A stretch of DNA of 64,000 bases from an uncultured bacterium (lineage in GTDB: Bacteria; Babelota; Babeliae; Babelales; Babelaceae). Of this stretch, positions 48,811-58,667 are shown piece by piece. Location of the stretch: contig CAVRKK010000001.1 in NCBI GenBank assembly GCA_963722385.1, forward strand, positions 32,001 to 96,000. Reading direction: 5' to 3'. The notes beneath the pieces are model-generated. The model saw nothing but the letters and a program-made list of their open reading frames with translations, had not been told where the DNA came from and ran no database searches. The stretch's first letter is position 1, and each line of letters opens with the position of its first letter. Position numbers and translations under genes: made by a program.

Positions 48811-50328
48811 ATGAAAATAAGGCTTTATCAAATTATTGCTCTTATGGTATGGTCATTAACGCATTTTAGAGCTGAAGCGCTTACGATGACACTCGAAAAT
48901 GGCGCTCCTGTTGGTGATAACGAAAATTCTCAGACGGCAGGTCCTGGGGGCCCTATCTTATTGCAAGATGTTCATCTTTTGCAAAAGTTTCAGAAATTCG
49001 ATAGAGAAAGAATACCTGAGCGTGTTGTTCACGCTCGCGGCATTGGGGCTTTTGGTGAGTTTGTCTCCGCAGGGAATGCTTCGGATATAACAAGTGCAAG
49101 TCTTTTTGCTCGTGCTGGCAAAGTTACATCTGTTTTTGTTCGTTTTTCTGTTGTTACGCATCCAAAAGCTTCACCTGAGACATTGCGTGACCCACGTGGA
49201 TTTGCTACAAAATTTTATACTGATCAAGGTAACTGGAACCTCGTTTGTAATAACTTGCCTGTCTTTTTTGTTCGAGACCCTTTAAAATTTCCCGACGTTG
49301 TACACGCATTTAAGCCGTCTCCTGTTACTAATGTACAAGACCCTAATCGTATCTTTGACCTTCTAAGTTATTACCCAGAGAGTACCTTTATGATGACGCT
49401 TGTATTCTCAGATCTTGGTATACCAGCATCATATCGCAGGATGGATGGGCATAGCGTCAATGCATACAAATTTGTCACTGCAAAAGGCAAAGTTTGTTAC
49501 GTCAAGTTTCACTGGAAAAGTTGCCAAGGAATAAAAAACCTTACGAGTGAGCAAGCACAAGAAGTACAAGGCAAAGATTTTAATAATCTTACTAATGATC
49601 TGTACGCTGCTATCAAGAGCCATGAATACCCACAATGGGACCTGTATGTTCAGGTACTGGATCCTGCAGACTTTGACAAGTTTACTTTTGACCCTCTTGA
49701 TGCTACCAAAATATGGCCCGGTATTCCCGAGCGCAAGCTAGGAACGATGACGCTAAACCGGATACCCCATAATTTTTTTCAAACAACGGAACAGTCGGCA
49801 TTTCCCGTTTCTGATCTTGTGCCGGGTATAGAACCATCAGAGGATAAAATTTTGCAAGCGCGCTTATTTTCTATGCAAGACTCTCAATTTCATCGCTTAG
49901 GTGCCAACTTTCACCAGATTCCTATTAACCGTCCGCATGTGCGAGTACTTAATTATGACCAAGATGGGCAAGGGGACCAAAGTAAGCGGCAGAACGAAGT
50001 TAATTATGAGCCATCAGTAAGTATGTGTACCTATAAACCAAATGCACGCTATCGCGCTGTTGAAACACCTCGGGGCACAAGGATTGCTAAAGCTAACGAT
50101 TTCGAGCAGGCAGGCATGTTTTACCGTTCATTAGATAAGGCAGGACAAGACCGCCTTATTGCAAACTTGGGTGGAGCACTGAAGGAGGTTAAAAATAATA
50201 ACGTAAAGCAAACTATTTTGAGCTATTGTTATAAAGCAGATGCTGATTATGGGTCTCGCCTTACTTTGCTGGTGGGTGGAGATAGTGCTGATATTAAAAA
50301 TCGTGCAAGTAAGCTTTCATCAGAATGA
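48811..50328 (+). CDS. Exported small-subunit monofunctional catalase (proximal Tyr position reads Met)
   Basis: FDRERIPERVVHARG, VRFS, RDPRGFATKFYT and PSEDKILQARLFSMQD motifs; signal peptide. Confidence 0.9.
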   Translation: MKIRLYQIIALMVWSLTHFRAEALTMTLENGAPVGDNENSQTAGPGGPILLQDVHLLQKFQKFDRERIPERVVHARGIGAFGEFVSAGNASDITSASLFARAGKVTSVFVRFSVVTHPKASPETLRDPRGFATKFYTDQGNWNLVCNNLPVFFVRDPLKFPDVVHAFKPSPVTNVQDPNRIFDLLSYYPESTFMMTLVFSDLGIPASYRRMDGHSVNAYKFVTAKGKVCYVKFHWKSCQGIKNLTSEQAQEVQGKDFNNLTNDLYAAIKSHEYPQWDLYVQVLDPADFDKFTFDPLDATKIWPGIPERKLGTMTLNRIPHNFFQTTEQSAFPVSDLVPGIEPSEDKILQARLFSMQDSQFHRLGANFHQIPINRPHVRVLNYDQDGQGDQSKRQNEVNYEPSVSMCTYKPNARYRAVETPRGTRIAKANDFEQAGMFYRSLDKAGQDRLIANLGGALKEVKNNNVKQTILSYCYKADADYGSRLTLLVGGDSADIKNRASKLSSE

Positions 50329-50533
50329 GCTAAAGAAGGATGCCTTTCTTGGTATTCTTCTGAGCAGTAATATATTTAATTACTCCGCTCTCCTAAAATA
50401 CCGTCTTATTGCCACCAAGGAATCTCTCCTTCATAAATTTCTTCGAAGGCTAGCGCATTTTAGATTTCTTTTATCTGATCTCACTGATATACTGATGATA
50501 AAATATGATATAATTTAATTTTTGGTGAAGATT

Positions 50534-52093
50534 ATGAAGTTTTTTGTGTTTACTTGTGTTTTGTCTGTGCTATTAGGCTGTTCTTGTTTTTCATGGACCA
50601 TGACCGACATACCAGGGAAGGAGAAAGAAAAAGAGCATGAGCATGAGTCCTCCGAAGAAAGCAAGCAGAAACCTGCTTGGAGCAAAGAGGTCCAATCTCA
50701 ACTCTTTCATGCTTTGATCAGTGATAATGTTCTCGATCGGATTAAAGAAGATATTCGCAACAACGGTGAAGACCCGTTCTCCACGCTTCTTGCGGTCTTA
50801 GAAAAAACCAAAGTTGATTTAGAAGCAGCGCGAGAAGCGTTAGAAAATGGGGCCAATCCAAGCTCATGGGAAAAACTTAATTTCGGGCTATTTGCAGAAG
50901 ACGACATCTTACCAGAACCTCTTTGGATAGCAAGCGAAATAGGAAATAAGGATCTCGCTCAACTCCTCCTTACGTATGGTGCCAATCCTAATGCTCCCTC
51001 CGCAATGAGTCTTGAACCACTTTCAAATTCTATAAGCCAGGGTTTTTTTGACTTCGCACAACTCCTGCTTGGAAGCGGTGCACATACCATACCAAGCCAA
51101 GCATTTGAAGCCTTATCCATTTTCTCCCCAAGACAGACTCGACCAAAACTCGACTTTTTCAAATTATTGGTAACTTACGGTCTTAACCTAAATAACAGTG
51201 ATGCTATAGAGATCCTTTCAAGCTCTTTAAGTGATGGTATTTCCACCAGAAATTCGCTTCTTCGCGGGGAACAAAATCCCGAGACCATAAATTGGCTCCG
51301 AAATTATTTAAACCCCTCTCAAATCGCCCATCTTACCAGAGAAAAAAGCAATGAAGAAAAGGCTCAAATTTCAAATGAGCATTCACAGCAAATATCTTTG
51401 GCCATATCGCTTATTCTGTTTGGGGCTTATAGAAATAGTCGATTAAATCCTAGTTTCCGTGAACTTGCTAAGAACATAGGGCTACCTGAATCATCGCCCT
51501 TTTATCTGATACCTCTAGGCCAGATCGAACCAGTAATGAGGCGCCTTGAAGAACTAACTTCAGCGGAGCCTTTGGCTGAACAAAGATCAAAGGAAACAAT
51601 CAGCTACTTCACGGAAGTATTTACACTTGCAGCTGCTTACAGCATTGAACCTATTATCGAATTTATCATCAAAAACAACGCATATTCTGCAGAAACAATC
51701 ATCTTAGCTTTTAATACAGCCACAGCTATCGGCGACTTGCCCATTCTTAAAATTTTGAGATTTTACATTCCTCATGATGCGTTGTGGCAACTTATCAATA
51801 ATAATTTGCAGATCGCTGCTACTCAGTTACATATAGATATTGTTCAGTATTTTCTTCTGCTTGCCAATGAGCTTGGCAAACGAATTGATATAATATCGGT
51901 AAATAACTTCATCAGCAATCTCCTTCGTGATCAATTACTCGAGCCCAATATAAGAAGTATTTATCTACATATTCAATCGCTTTTATGGGATTACGTTCTC
52001 AATCAAACCCGAAGACAAAGTTACTTAGGCCAAATAATGCCCGAAACCCTTCATCACATTCGTAGTTTTGTGGTACATGGTCAAAAACCTTAG
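50534..52093 (+). CDS. Secreted ankyrin-like protein with an F-box-like C-terminus (paralog 1)
   Basis: PLWIASEIGNKDLAQLLLTYGANPN; C-terminal YLGQIMPETLHHIRSFV. Confidence 0.8.
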   Translation: MKFFVFTCVLSVLLGCSCFSWTMTDIPGKEKEKEHEHESSEESKQKPAWSKEVQSQLFHALISDNVLDRIKEDIRNNGEDPFSTLLAVLEKTKVDLEAAREALENGANPSSWEKLNFGLFAEDDILPEPLWIASEIGNKDLAQLLLTYGANPNAPSAMSLEPLSNSISQGFFDFAQLLLGSGAHTIPSQAFEALSIFSPRQTRPKLDFFKLLVTYGLNLNNSDAIEILSSSLSDGISTRNSLLRGEQNPETINWLRNYLNPSQIAHLTREKSNEEKAQISNEHSQQISLAISLILFGAYRNSRLNPSFRELAKNIGLPESSPFYLIPLGQIEPVMRRLEELTSAEPLAEQRSKETISYFTEVFTLAAAYSIEPIIEFIIKNNAYSAETIILAFNTATAIGDLPILKILRFYIPHDALWQLINNNLQIAATQLHIDIVQYFLLLANELGKRIDIISVNNFISNLLRDQLLEPNIRSIYLHIQSLLWDYVLNQTRRQSYLGQIMPETLHHIRSFVVHGQKP

Positions 52094-52235
52094 CGAGGCT
52101 GAGGACTGATTCATTTTTCTCTTATTGAGGTTATTAAGTGCTCATTTTCGCCAGAATTTACCTCATCCTTGACTTAACTTGACTTAAATCGAAGATTTGC
52201 ATATTATAAATACTATAATTTAATTTTTAGAACTC

Positions 52236-53708
52236 ATGAAGAATATTAATTTAAATTGCATCATGCTTGCTTTGCTCGGGTGTTCCGTTTTCACCTGGAC
52301 TATGGATAATGGATCGATCGAAGAAAAAGAGCACGAGAATGAAACATCTGCTCCGGAATCGCCGTCTGAGGAAAGCAAACTAAAGCCAGCAGGGAACAAA
52401 GAAGCCCAAATTCAGCTTTTTCACGCCTTGGTCAGTGACGATACATCGAAAGAGCTTAAAGAAATTCTTCTCAACGACAGCTCATTCTCCCATAGTCTGG
52501 CAAGATTTGCCGATATCTTATTGCAACACAATCATATTGACTTAGAGGCGACCCTCATCGCCTTAAAAAACCGCGCGGATCCGAACGATTGGGAAGAATC
52601 AGACGTTAGGCCTTATATGCCTAGTCCATTATGGATGGCAACTGAATCAGGAAATCACAAGCTCGCTCAACTCTTACTTGCTTACGGAGCTGATCCCAAC
52701 AGAGGGTCTTTGCTCTATGGATCCCCACTTAGAACAGCTATGACTCATGGATATATTGAAATTATTGAATTGCTTCTCGAATCTGGCGCAGACATTAAAA
52801 TCGAGCGCGTACTTAGCCAATTAATGTCATCTAAAGGCCTTGTCTTTCTCCGATTATTCGTAAATTATGGCCTGAACCTTAATAATCATGAAATCGTGAA
52901 AGAAGTTTCGTCTTGTTTAGAAAGCTATCTTTGCTTTCCTTATACTTCACTTTTCGCACATCATAGCCAAATTACTCAAGAAAGTTTAAAACAGCGAAAG
53001 CAAGTAGAGAAAATATTCATATCATTTATCTTTTCTGGTGCTTACAAAGATGAAGTATTACATCCTATTTTTCGTAAAATCGCCGAAAAAATAGGGATGC
53101 GAGAATCCTCATTTCTTTATCAAATCCCTTTAGGTATGACTGAGCCTGTATTAAAACGTCTGCAAAAATTAATTTCAACCGACCCAACATCACAAGAAAT
53201 TTCTAGACTTGTTAATAATGCTTTTGCTCTTGCAGCTGCGTATGACCTTGAACAAATCATTAAATTCCTTATCGACCATAACGCGGTCTCTGAAAATGCC
53301 TTAATCGAAGCTTTTAACGCTGCTACCACTATCGGTAACCTGTCGATATTAAAAACACTTAGACCACTTATTTCTAATACGCTTTTATTGAAACTCACCA
53401 AAAAATATTTGCGAATTGCTGCAGTTCAGCTCCATAGCGATATCGTTCAGTATTTTCTTAAGCTTACTAACGAGATATCCGACAAACCATTCGATATAAT
53501 CCCTGTAAATAAATTCCTAACAAACTTACTGCGTAATAAATATCTAGACCCCAATAAAAAAACCATTTACCTATACATACAATCTCTTCTATGGAATTAT
53601 TTTCTTAATTATAACCCAACTCAACGTTACTTTGGTCAGCTAATGCCGGAATTACGGTATAATATCGGCAGATTTATAGTAAGCGGCCAGAAACCCTTAA
53701 GTCAATGA
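52236..53708 (+). CDS. Secreted ankyrin-like protein with an F-box-like C-terminus (paralog 2)
   Basis: Colinear with paralog 1; C-terminal YFGQLMPELRYNIGRFI. Confidence 0.8.
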   Translation: MKNINLNCIMLALLGCSVFTWTMDNGSIEEKEHENETSAPESPSEESKLKPAGNKEAQIQLFHALVSDDTSKELKEILLNDSSFSHSLARFADILLQHNHIDLEATLIALKNRADPNDWEESDVRPYMPSPLWMATESGNHKLAQLLLAYGADPNRGSLLYGSPLRTAMTHGYIEIIELLLESGADIKIERVLSQLMSSKGLVFLRLFVNYGLNLNNHEIVKEVSSCLESYLCFPYTSLFAHHSQITQESLKQRKQVEKIFISFIFSGAYKDEVLHPIFRKIAEKIGMRESSFLYQIPLGMTEPVLKRLQKLISTDPTSQEISRLVNNAFALAAAYDLEQIIKFLIDHNAVSENALIEAFNAATTIGNLSILKTLRPLISNTLLLKLTKKYLRIAAVQLHSDIVQYFLKLTNEISDKPFDIIPVNKFLTNLLRNKYLDPNKKTIYLYIQSLLWNYFLNYNPTQRYFGQLMPELRYNIGRFIVSGQKPLSQ

Positions 53709-53923
53709 TCCACGACTAAAATCGTTAGCTTCCTTGCTCCTTTTCTCGTGAAATTAACAAGTTAAAGAAAAAAGTAGGCTGGTTCCAGAATTTACGAGAA
53801 TGGAGACCAGCCATACCCAACTCTGTAAACAGCCTGCAGAAGCTGCTGTACTAGTTTCTGTACGTGCATTTTCTGTGGTCGTTCAGATAGACAGTATTTC
53901 AAATGAAAATAGATAGATATCTA

Positions 53924-55165
53924 CTAATTAATTAGCTTAGCATGTTCTCCTAATGCACGATTAGAAAAGTATTTTTTGAGGAAGAATCCGCCGGCTGCAA
54001 TTGCTCCGACCCCAAGAAGGGCAGCCGTACCACCACCAGCACTGATTCCTATAATACAAGAACTACCACAGGGCTCATCGCCATCAGAACTATTTTGTGA
54101 TCCTAATGTTGCTATAGTTATGCTATTTGAGCTTGCATTTGCAGTAGCAAGGCATGTGTTATTTGGCGAAAACGCTACGGATCGAGGATTTGAAGAACCG
54201 GGTGGTTGAGCGTAGGAAGTTGCATTGCTTAAGATTTTTTCAGAGGGAGATGACGCGGTGGTTATCGTGAATAGCGTTATATTATTTGAATCAACATTAA
54301 CGGTTGCAAGGCAGGTACCTGTTGGCGAAAACGCAATTGAATTTGGAGAATTAGAGCCTGAAGGTAGAATATAAGAAGTGCCGTGATCTAGTATCCCATC
54401 GGTTACGGTAAAGAGCGTTACATCATTTGAACTATTAGCAGTAGCAAGCAGAGTGCCGTCTGGCGAGAATGCTAATGCTACCGGCCAACTAGAAGTAAAA
54501 GGCAACCGATATGAAGTTCTATTGCTCAATGCTCCTTCTGTACCTACACTAAATACTATCACATCATTAGCATTGCCATTAGAAATGGCTAGGCAAAGAC
54601 CATCTGGTGAGAATGCTATTGAATTAGGGCCTCCGGAAGGTACAGCATATGATGTTCCCGCATTTAATGTGCCATCTTGATTGACCGTAAATATAGTCAC
54701 ATCATTTGAGCCACCATTAGCAGTAGCAAGATATTTATTATTTGGTGAAAATGCTACCGCGTACGGACGATAGGACTGCGATGGCAAAGCATACGATATG
54801 CCTGGGTTTAATGTACCACTTGGATTCACCGTAAATATAGTTACTTCAAGTGTATCGTTATTCGTGGTAGCGAGATACTTACCATTGGGCGAAAACACGA
54901 CTGAGGTGGGGTGACTAGAACCTGAAGGCAAAGGATACGTAATGCCTGCATTTAATACCCCGTTGATGATCGTAGATATGGTCACATTAGCTGAGTTCTC
55001 ATTAGCGGTAGCAAGGTGTGAGCCATCTGGTGAAAATGCTATTGAACAGGGCCATTGAGCGTTAGCATGTAAAGGGTAAGCACTCAATGACGATAATACA
55101 CAATCCCTAGATTCTGCAGCGCTCGCAAATGCGAGCATCAGGTTTAAAAAAATAAGCGCTTTCAT
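53924..55165 (-). CDS. Exported 7-bladed beta-propeller (lactonase-like) protein with a C-terminal TM anchor
   Basis: Seven P.SIAFSP.G..LATAN..SN.VTIF repeats; TM segment followed by a basic tail. Confidence 0.85.
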   Translation of the reverse strand: MKALIFLNLMLAFASAAESRDCVLSSLSAYPLHANAQWPCSIAFSPDGSHLATANENSANVTISTIINGVLNAGITYPLPSGSSHPTSVVFSPNGKYLATTNNDTLEVTIFTVNPSGTLNPGISYALPSQSYRPYAVAFSPNNKYLATANGGSNDVTIFTVNQDGTLNAGTSYAVPSGGPNSIAFSPDGLCLAISNGNANDVIVFSVGTEGALSNRTSYRLPFTSSWPVALAFSPDGTLLATANSSNDVTLFTVTDGILDHGTSYILPSGSNSPNSIAFSPTGTCLATVNVDSNNITLFTITTASSPSEKILSNATSYAQPPGSSNPRSVAFSPNNTCLATANASSNSITIATLGSQNSSDGDEPCGSSCIIGISAGGGTAALLGVGAIAAGGFFLKKYFSNRALGEHAKLIN

Positions 55166-55449
55166 TAGGCAGATCCTTTGTAAACAAAATCAATTACCAA
55201 TAATTTTTATAGCTACGCGGGTAGACGCGCCAACTATAGCACAGGAGAGCAGCAAAAGCAAAATGTTGGGATTTTGAAATATGGCTAAAAAAATTTTTCG
55301 TTCCATTATTGCAACTCGAGAAAATGATGCAGGCATTGCAAAAAAGCGCTTCCATCATTTCCCGAATTCAAAGAGGCAAGAGATTTTATTGAAAAAACAA
55401 ACCAATAGCAAAAATATTGATCATGAGAAACCAATCTTGTAAATCGCAG

Positions 55450-55474
55450 TTCTGCAGACACCGTCTGCAGTTTT
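55450..55474. repeat. Palindrome duplicated inside the DUF1016 gene
   Basis: ttctgcagacaccgtctgcagtttt versus ttctgcagacagtgtctgcagtttt at 56207..56231. Confidence 0.7.
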
Positions 55475-55495
55475 AGTCAAGTGCTCCTGATCGGC

Positions 55496-56518
55496 TTATC
55501 GCTCAATTTGCCCAATAAGCTTTTCAATCTGGTCTACACTAGGCAATTGGTCCTTGAGCTCTTTTGGAAGCTTTTTAACGGTAGCATATGAAGCAACACC
55601 GATTGGTTTATGCGACTCCTTAAGGGTGTACTCAACCGTGGTCTTTTGTTTAGATTTGCACAAGATAATTCCTATCGAAGGATTTTCGCCAGCAATCTTA
55701 ACTTCATGATCCAAGCCTGCTAAATAAAACTGCATCTTGCCCACGTACTCAGGAATAAATTCGTCTTGCTTAAGCTCTATAGCGACCAAAGATTTCAAAT
55801 GGCGATGATACAGTAATATATCTATAAAATATTCTTTATCATCAATCTCAAGCCTATATTGCCTACCTATGTAAGCAAATATGCCGCCCATTTCTCTTAA
55901 AAATTGATCTATATTGGCGGTGAGGGCATTTTCAAGCTGGCGCTCGCTGTAGTCGTTGCCGAGCTCGAGAAAATCAAACATATACTCGTCTTTGACCACC
56001 ACCCTGGCCTTATCTTTAATATTTACTGGCAAGGTAGTATCAAAATTGTTTTGACCAAGAAGAGTCTTTTCGTAAGTCTGATTCTCAATATTACTAAGAA
56101 GAATACGATAGCTCCATGAATGCTTACGGGCCATTCTGACGTAAAATTCACGCTCGCTATCGTCATTGCACTTTCCAAGTATCGCCACATTATGGGACCA
56201 ACTAATTTCTGCAGACAGTGTCTGCAGTTTTTCTTTGTCATGATAATTTGTGTAAAAGTCTCTCATATACCAGAGATTCCTGACTGAGAATCCTTTTATG
56301 CCCGGAAATGTGCCTTGCAAATCTTTGGCAAGGTTCTCAATGACAGCGTCGCCCCATTTTTCTCTTTTTTGTTTTTCTGCGATCAGTCTTCCGATATCCC
56401 AATATAATAATACAAGTGCTCGGTTTACCGCTTTTAACGCTGCTGACTGAGCGGCGTTTATGCGACCTTTAACTTCGTTTAAAAATTCGGCATATTGCTT
56501 TGTTTCTATAATTTCCAT
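55496..56518 (-). CDS. DUF1016/YhcG PD-(D/E)XK nuclease family protein
   Basis: VN..LVLLYWDIG, GFS.RNL.YMR.FY, KDEY.FDFL, FIDILLYH and AIELK motifs. Confidence 0.93.
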   Translation of the reverse strand: MEIIETKQYAEFLNEVKGRINAAQSAALKAVNRALVLLYWDIGRLIAEKQKREKWGDAVIENLAKDLQGTFPGIKGFSVRNLWYMRDFYTNYHDKEKLQTLSAEISWSHNVAILGKCNDDSEREFYVRMARKHSWSYRILLSNIENQTYEKTLLGQNNFDTTLPVNIKDKARVVVKDEYMFDFLELGNDYSERQLENALTANIDQFLREMGGIFAYIGRQYRLEIDDKEYFIDILLYHRHLKSLVAIELKQDEFIPEYVGKMQFYLAGLDHEVKIAGENPSIGIILCKSKQKTTVEYTLKESHKPIGVASYATVKKLPKELKDQLPSVDQIEKLIGQIER

Positions 56519-57066
56519 AGCCAATCACTGCCTTGGTATAGTCGTTCGTATCACCGTTGCCCGCAACAACTATAGCATTTTGCTATCTATTTGACACGGC
56601 TCTGCGTATAAGCACGGGGACCTTTATGCTTTATGGCAAAATCGTCATGATCCCGCGAAATTCAATTTTTTCTAGATGCAAGCAAATCATTTAACGTCGG
56701 AGCGGAATAAAATCCATCCAAAATCGGAGCTCTTCAACAACTGCTTGCTTATAAAGCATAAGAAATTTTACTTTGAAGATTGTTATGAGCTTTTCTCTGT
56801 CAGGAGAATGCGAAAGTGCCGCACCCTCGTAGTCTGCAGGGGTACGGCACAATTATAAGCAATAGGCAGCATGTTGAGCGCCAGCAAAAACTCATGGGTT
56901 AGGCTATGACAGGTTACGGTACTGCGTATCGCGATGTTGCCATGGGGTGGCGCCTACCCTGAGTCGTATTTTTTTCGTTGGCCGTCAATACCATCTACTA
57001 GTAGGCGAAAAGGATTACTACATAGATCTGCATGGAATTTACGAAGTTAAAGGAACAGCCGGAGTA

Positions 57067-58557
57067 TGTCAAGGCAAGGTAATTAGTTCCGGTTTTAAGC
57101 AAAGTGATTAGTTCCTCTTTTTTGTTGAGGGCCTGATCGCGGCCAGCGCGCTTCACCCTACTCTCCCAAACGAATTGAGCGAGTGGGAGCTGGCAATAAA
57201 CCAGCGGCCCAAAGTTGGCTATTTTTATGCGGTTTGCGTGGTTTATAGAGCTTAGGTTTTTGTTTCATCGCCTTCTTGGGCAAGCGATTTTTTATCTCTG
57301 AGAAATTTATATTTATATTCCTAATCGACAAGTTAATGCCACCATTTAAATCAGTATTCACCACGATTTTATCCTTTGGCTTTATAACAGTTTGCTGCTG
57401 TGTTTCAAGCTGAAAAATACGTTTGTTATAAGATAAAATACGTTTGTTATAAGATATTGTATAATCGTTATCCACAATTCGTTCTTCTTTAATACAAAAG
57501 ATAGTTTCCAAGTTGTAATATCTGGCGGGTTTATGAGCATCTCCTTCCCTCAGGGGAGATATGGCGAATCTTTGATTATGTTGGGCGATGAAATTATTTT
57601 CATGAAGAAACTTATTAGCCGCTTCAATAGAACATATCCCAGCCAAACGCATTTCTTTAACTAAGCGATCTTGTAACGTACCATGGGCTCGTTCAACACG
57701 CCCTTTTGCTTGAGGGCTGTGTGCATGAATGACTTCGATTGACAGCTCTTTTACCGCTCTTTCCCATTGCGTCTTTTTATCACCTTCTTCATTATTGAGA
57801 TTAACGCTAAAAACACCTCCAAAATCAACATAAAACGAATGTGGCCTACCATACAAACTGACATAATTTTTTGTCGCGCGCATAACATTGGCATGTGACT
57901 CGCTTTTAACGAATTCAAGCCATAATAGCTTGCTTGTCGCATTATCTATAAAGACAAGTAAGGTGCAACGTCCTGCGCGGCCCTCAAACCAATCATGTGG
58001 CGAGCCATCCAGTTGCACCATAAGGCCAGTCATTGCCCTGCGTTCTCGACGTTTACGCTGTTTTATCCTCATTGGCTTTGCCTGCCACAAGCCCGCTTCA
58101 ATCATCGCTTGGCGCAATGTTTCTTTGCTGATTTCTATACCCTTGAGCTCTTTGAGCTTTTCTGATGCAAACTTTGGTCCAAACCCTTGCCATTCAGAAC
58201 TTAGTAACTCGATTACTAAAACTTTTTCCTTTTCATCCCATCGCTTATTGCTTGTTATACCTCTATTTCGGTGAACCAATCCAACCACTCCCTCCTTCTG
58301 GTACCTCTTGAACTTCTTTCTTATCCATCTTTCTGTTACGCCAAGACGCAATGACGCTTCAACCTGGGTTATTTTCTTGCTTTTCAGCTTGTCAAATATT
58401 ATTAGCTGTTCTCTTTCTTTTCTGCTCATGATAACATGTTCCATGTAGGTTCCGCGTTTTAGGGCATTTTTAAATTCGTTTTCAAAAATTTAGAATACCT
58501 TAAAACCGGAACTTTTTATTTTGCTCTATTATCGGAACTTATCACTTTGCCCTAACA
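57067..58557 (-). mobile_element. Complete IS1202-family (ISNCY) insertion sequence, 1491 bp, with a 17-bp target duplication
   Basis: TIRs TGTCAAGGCAAGGTAATTAGTTCCG and TGTTAGGGCAAAGTGATAAGTTCCG; direct repeat aaggaacagccggagta at 57050..57066 and 58559..58575. Confidence 0.9.
57158..58444 (-). CDS. IS1202/ISNCY DDE transposase
   Basis: N-terminal HTH; VQLDGSPHDWFE, FIDNATS, FYVD and AKGRVER..GTLQDRL motifs. Confidence 0.93.
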   Translation of the reverse strand: MEHVIMSRKEREQLIIFDKLKSKKITQVEASLRLGVTERWIRKKFKRYQKEGVVGLVHRNRGITSNKRWDEKEKVLVIELLSSEWQGFGPKFASEKLKELKGIEISKETLRQAMIEAGLWQAKPMRIKQRKRRERRAMTGLMVQLDGSPHDWFEGRAGRCTLLVFIDNATSKLLWLEFVKSESHANVMRATKNYVSLYGRPHSFYVDFGGVFSVNLNNEEGDKKTQWERAVKELSIEVIHAHSPQAKGRVERAHGTLQDRLVKEMRLAGICSIEAANKFLHENNFIAQHNQRFAISPLREGDAHKPARYYNLETIFCIKEERIVDNDYTISYNKRILSYNKRIFQLETQQQTVIKPKDKIVVNTDLNGGINLSIRNININFSEIKNRLPKKAMKQKPKLYKPRKPHKNSQLWAAGLLPAPTRSIRLGE

Positions 58558-58575
58558 CAAGGAACAGCCGGAGTA

Positions 58576-58604
58576 TTGACATAAAGGAAACTATATTTTA
58601 TACT
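58576..58604 (+). promoter_or_regulatory. Near-consensus sigma70 promoter
   Basis: TTGACA-17bp-TATACT directly after the IS target duplication. Confidence 0.7.
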
Positions 58605-58667
58605 ATCTCAATTTTCATCAAAACAAGGAAGTAAAAGGTATATCTTATTAATAAAAAGGAAATTGTT

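Noticed and set aside
53924..55165. Periodic DNA repeats as a non-coding array
   Set aside because: Explained by the beta-propeller blades
56530..57049. Possible integrase fragment or structured RNA next to DUF1016
   Set aside because: No recognisable motifs by eye
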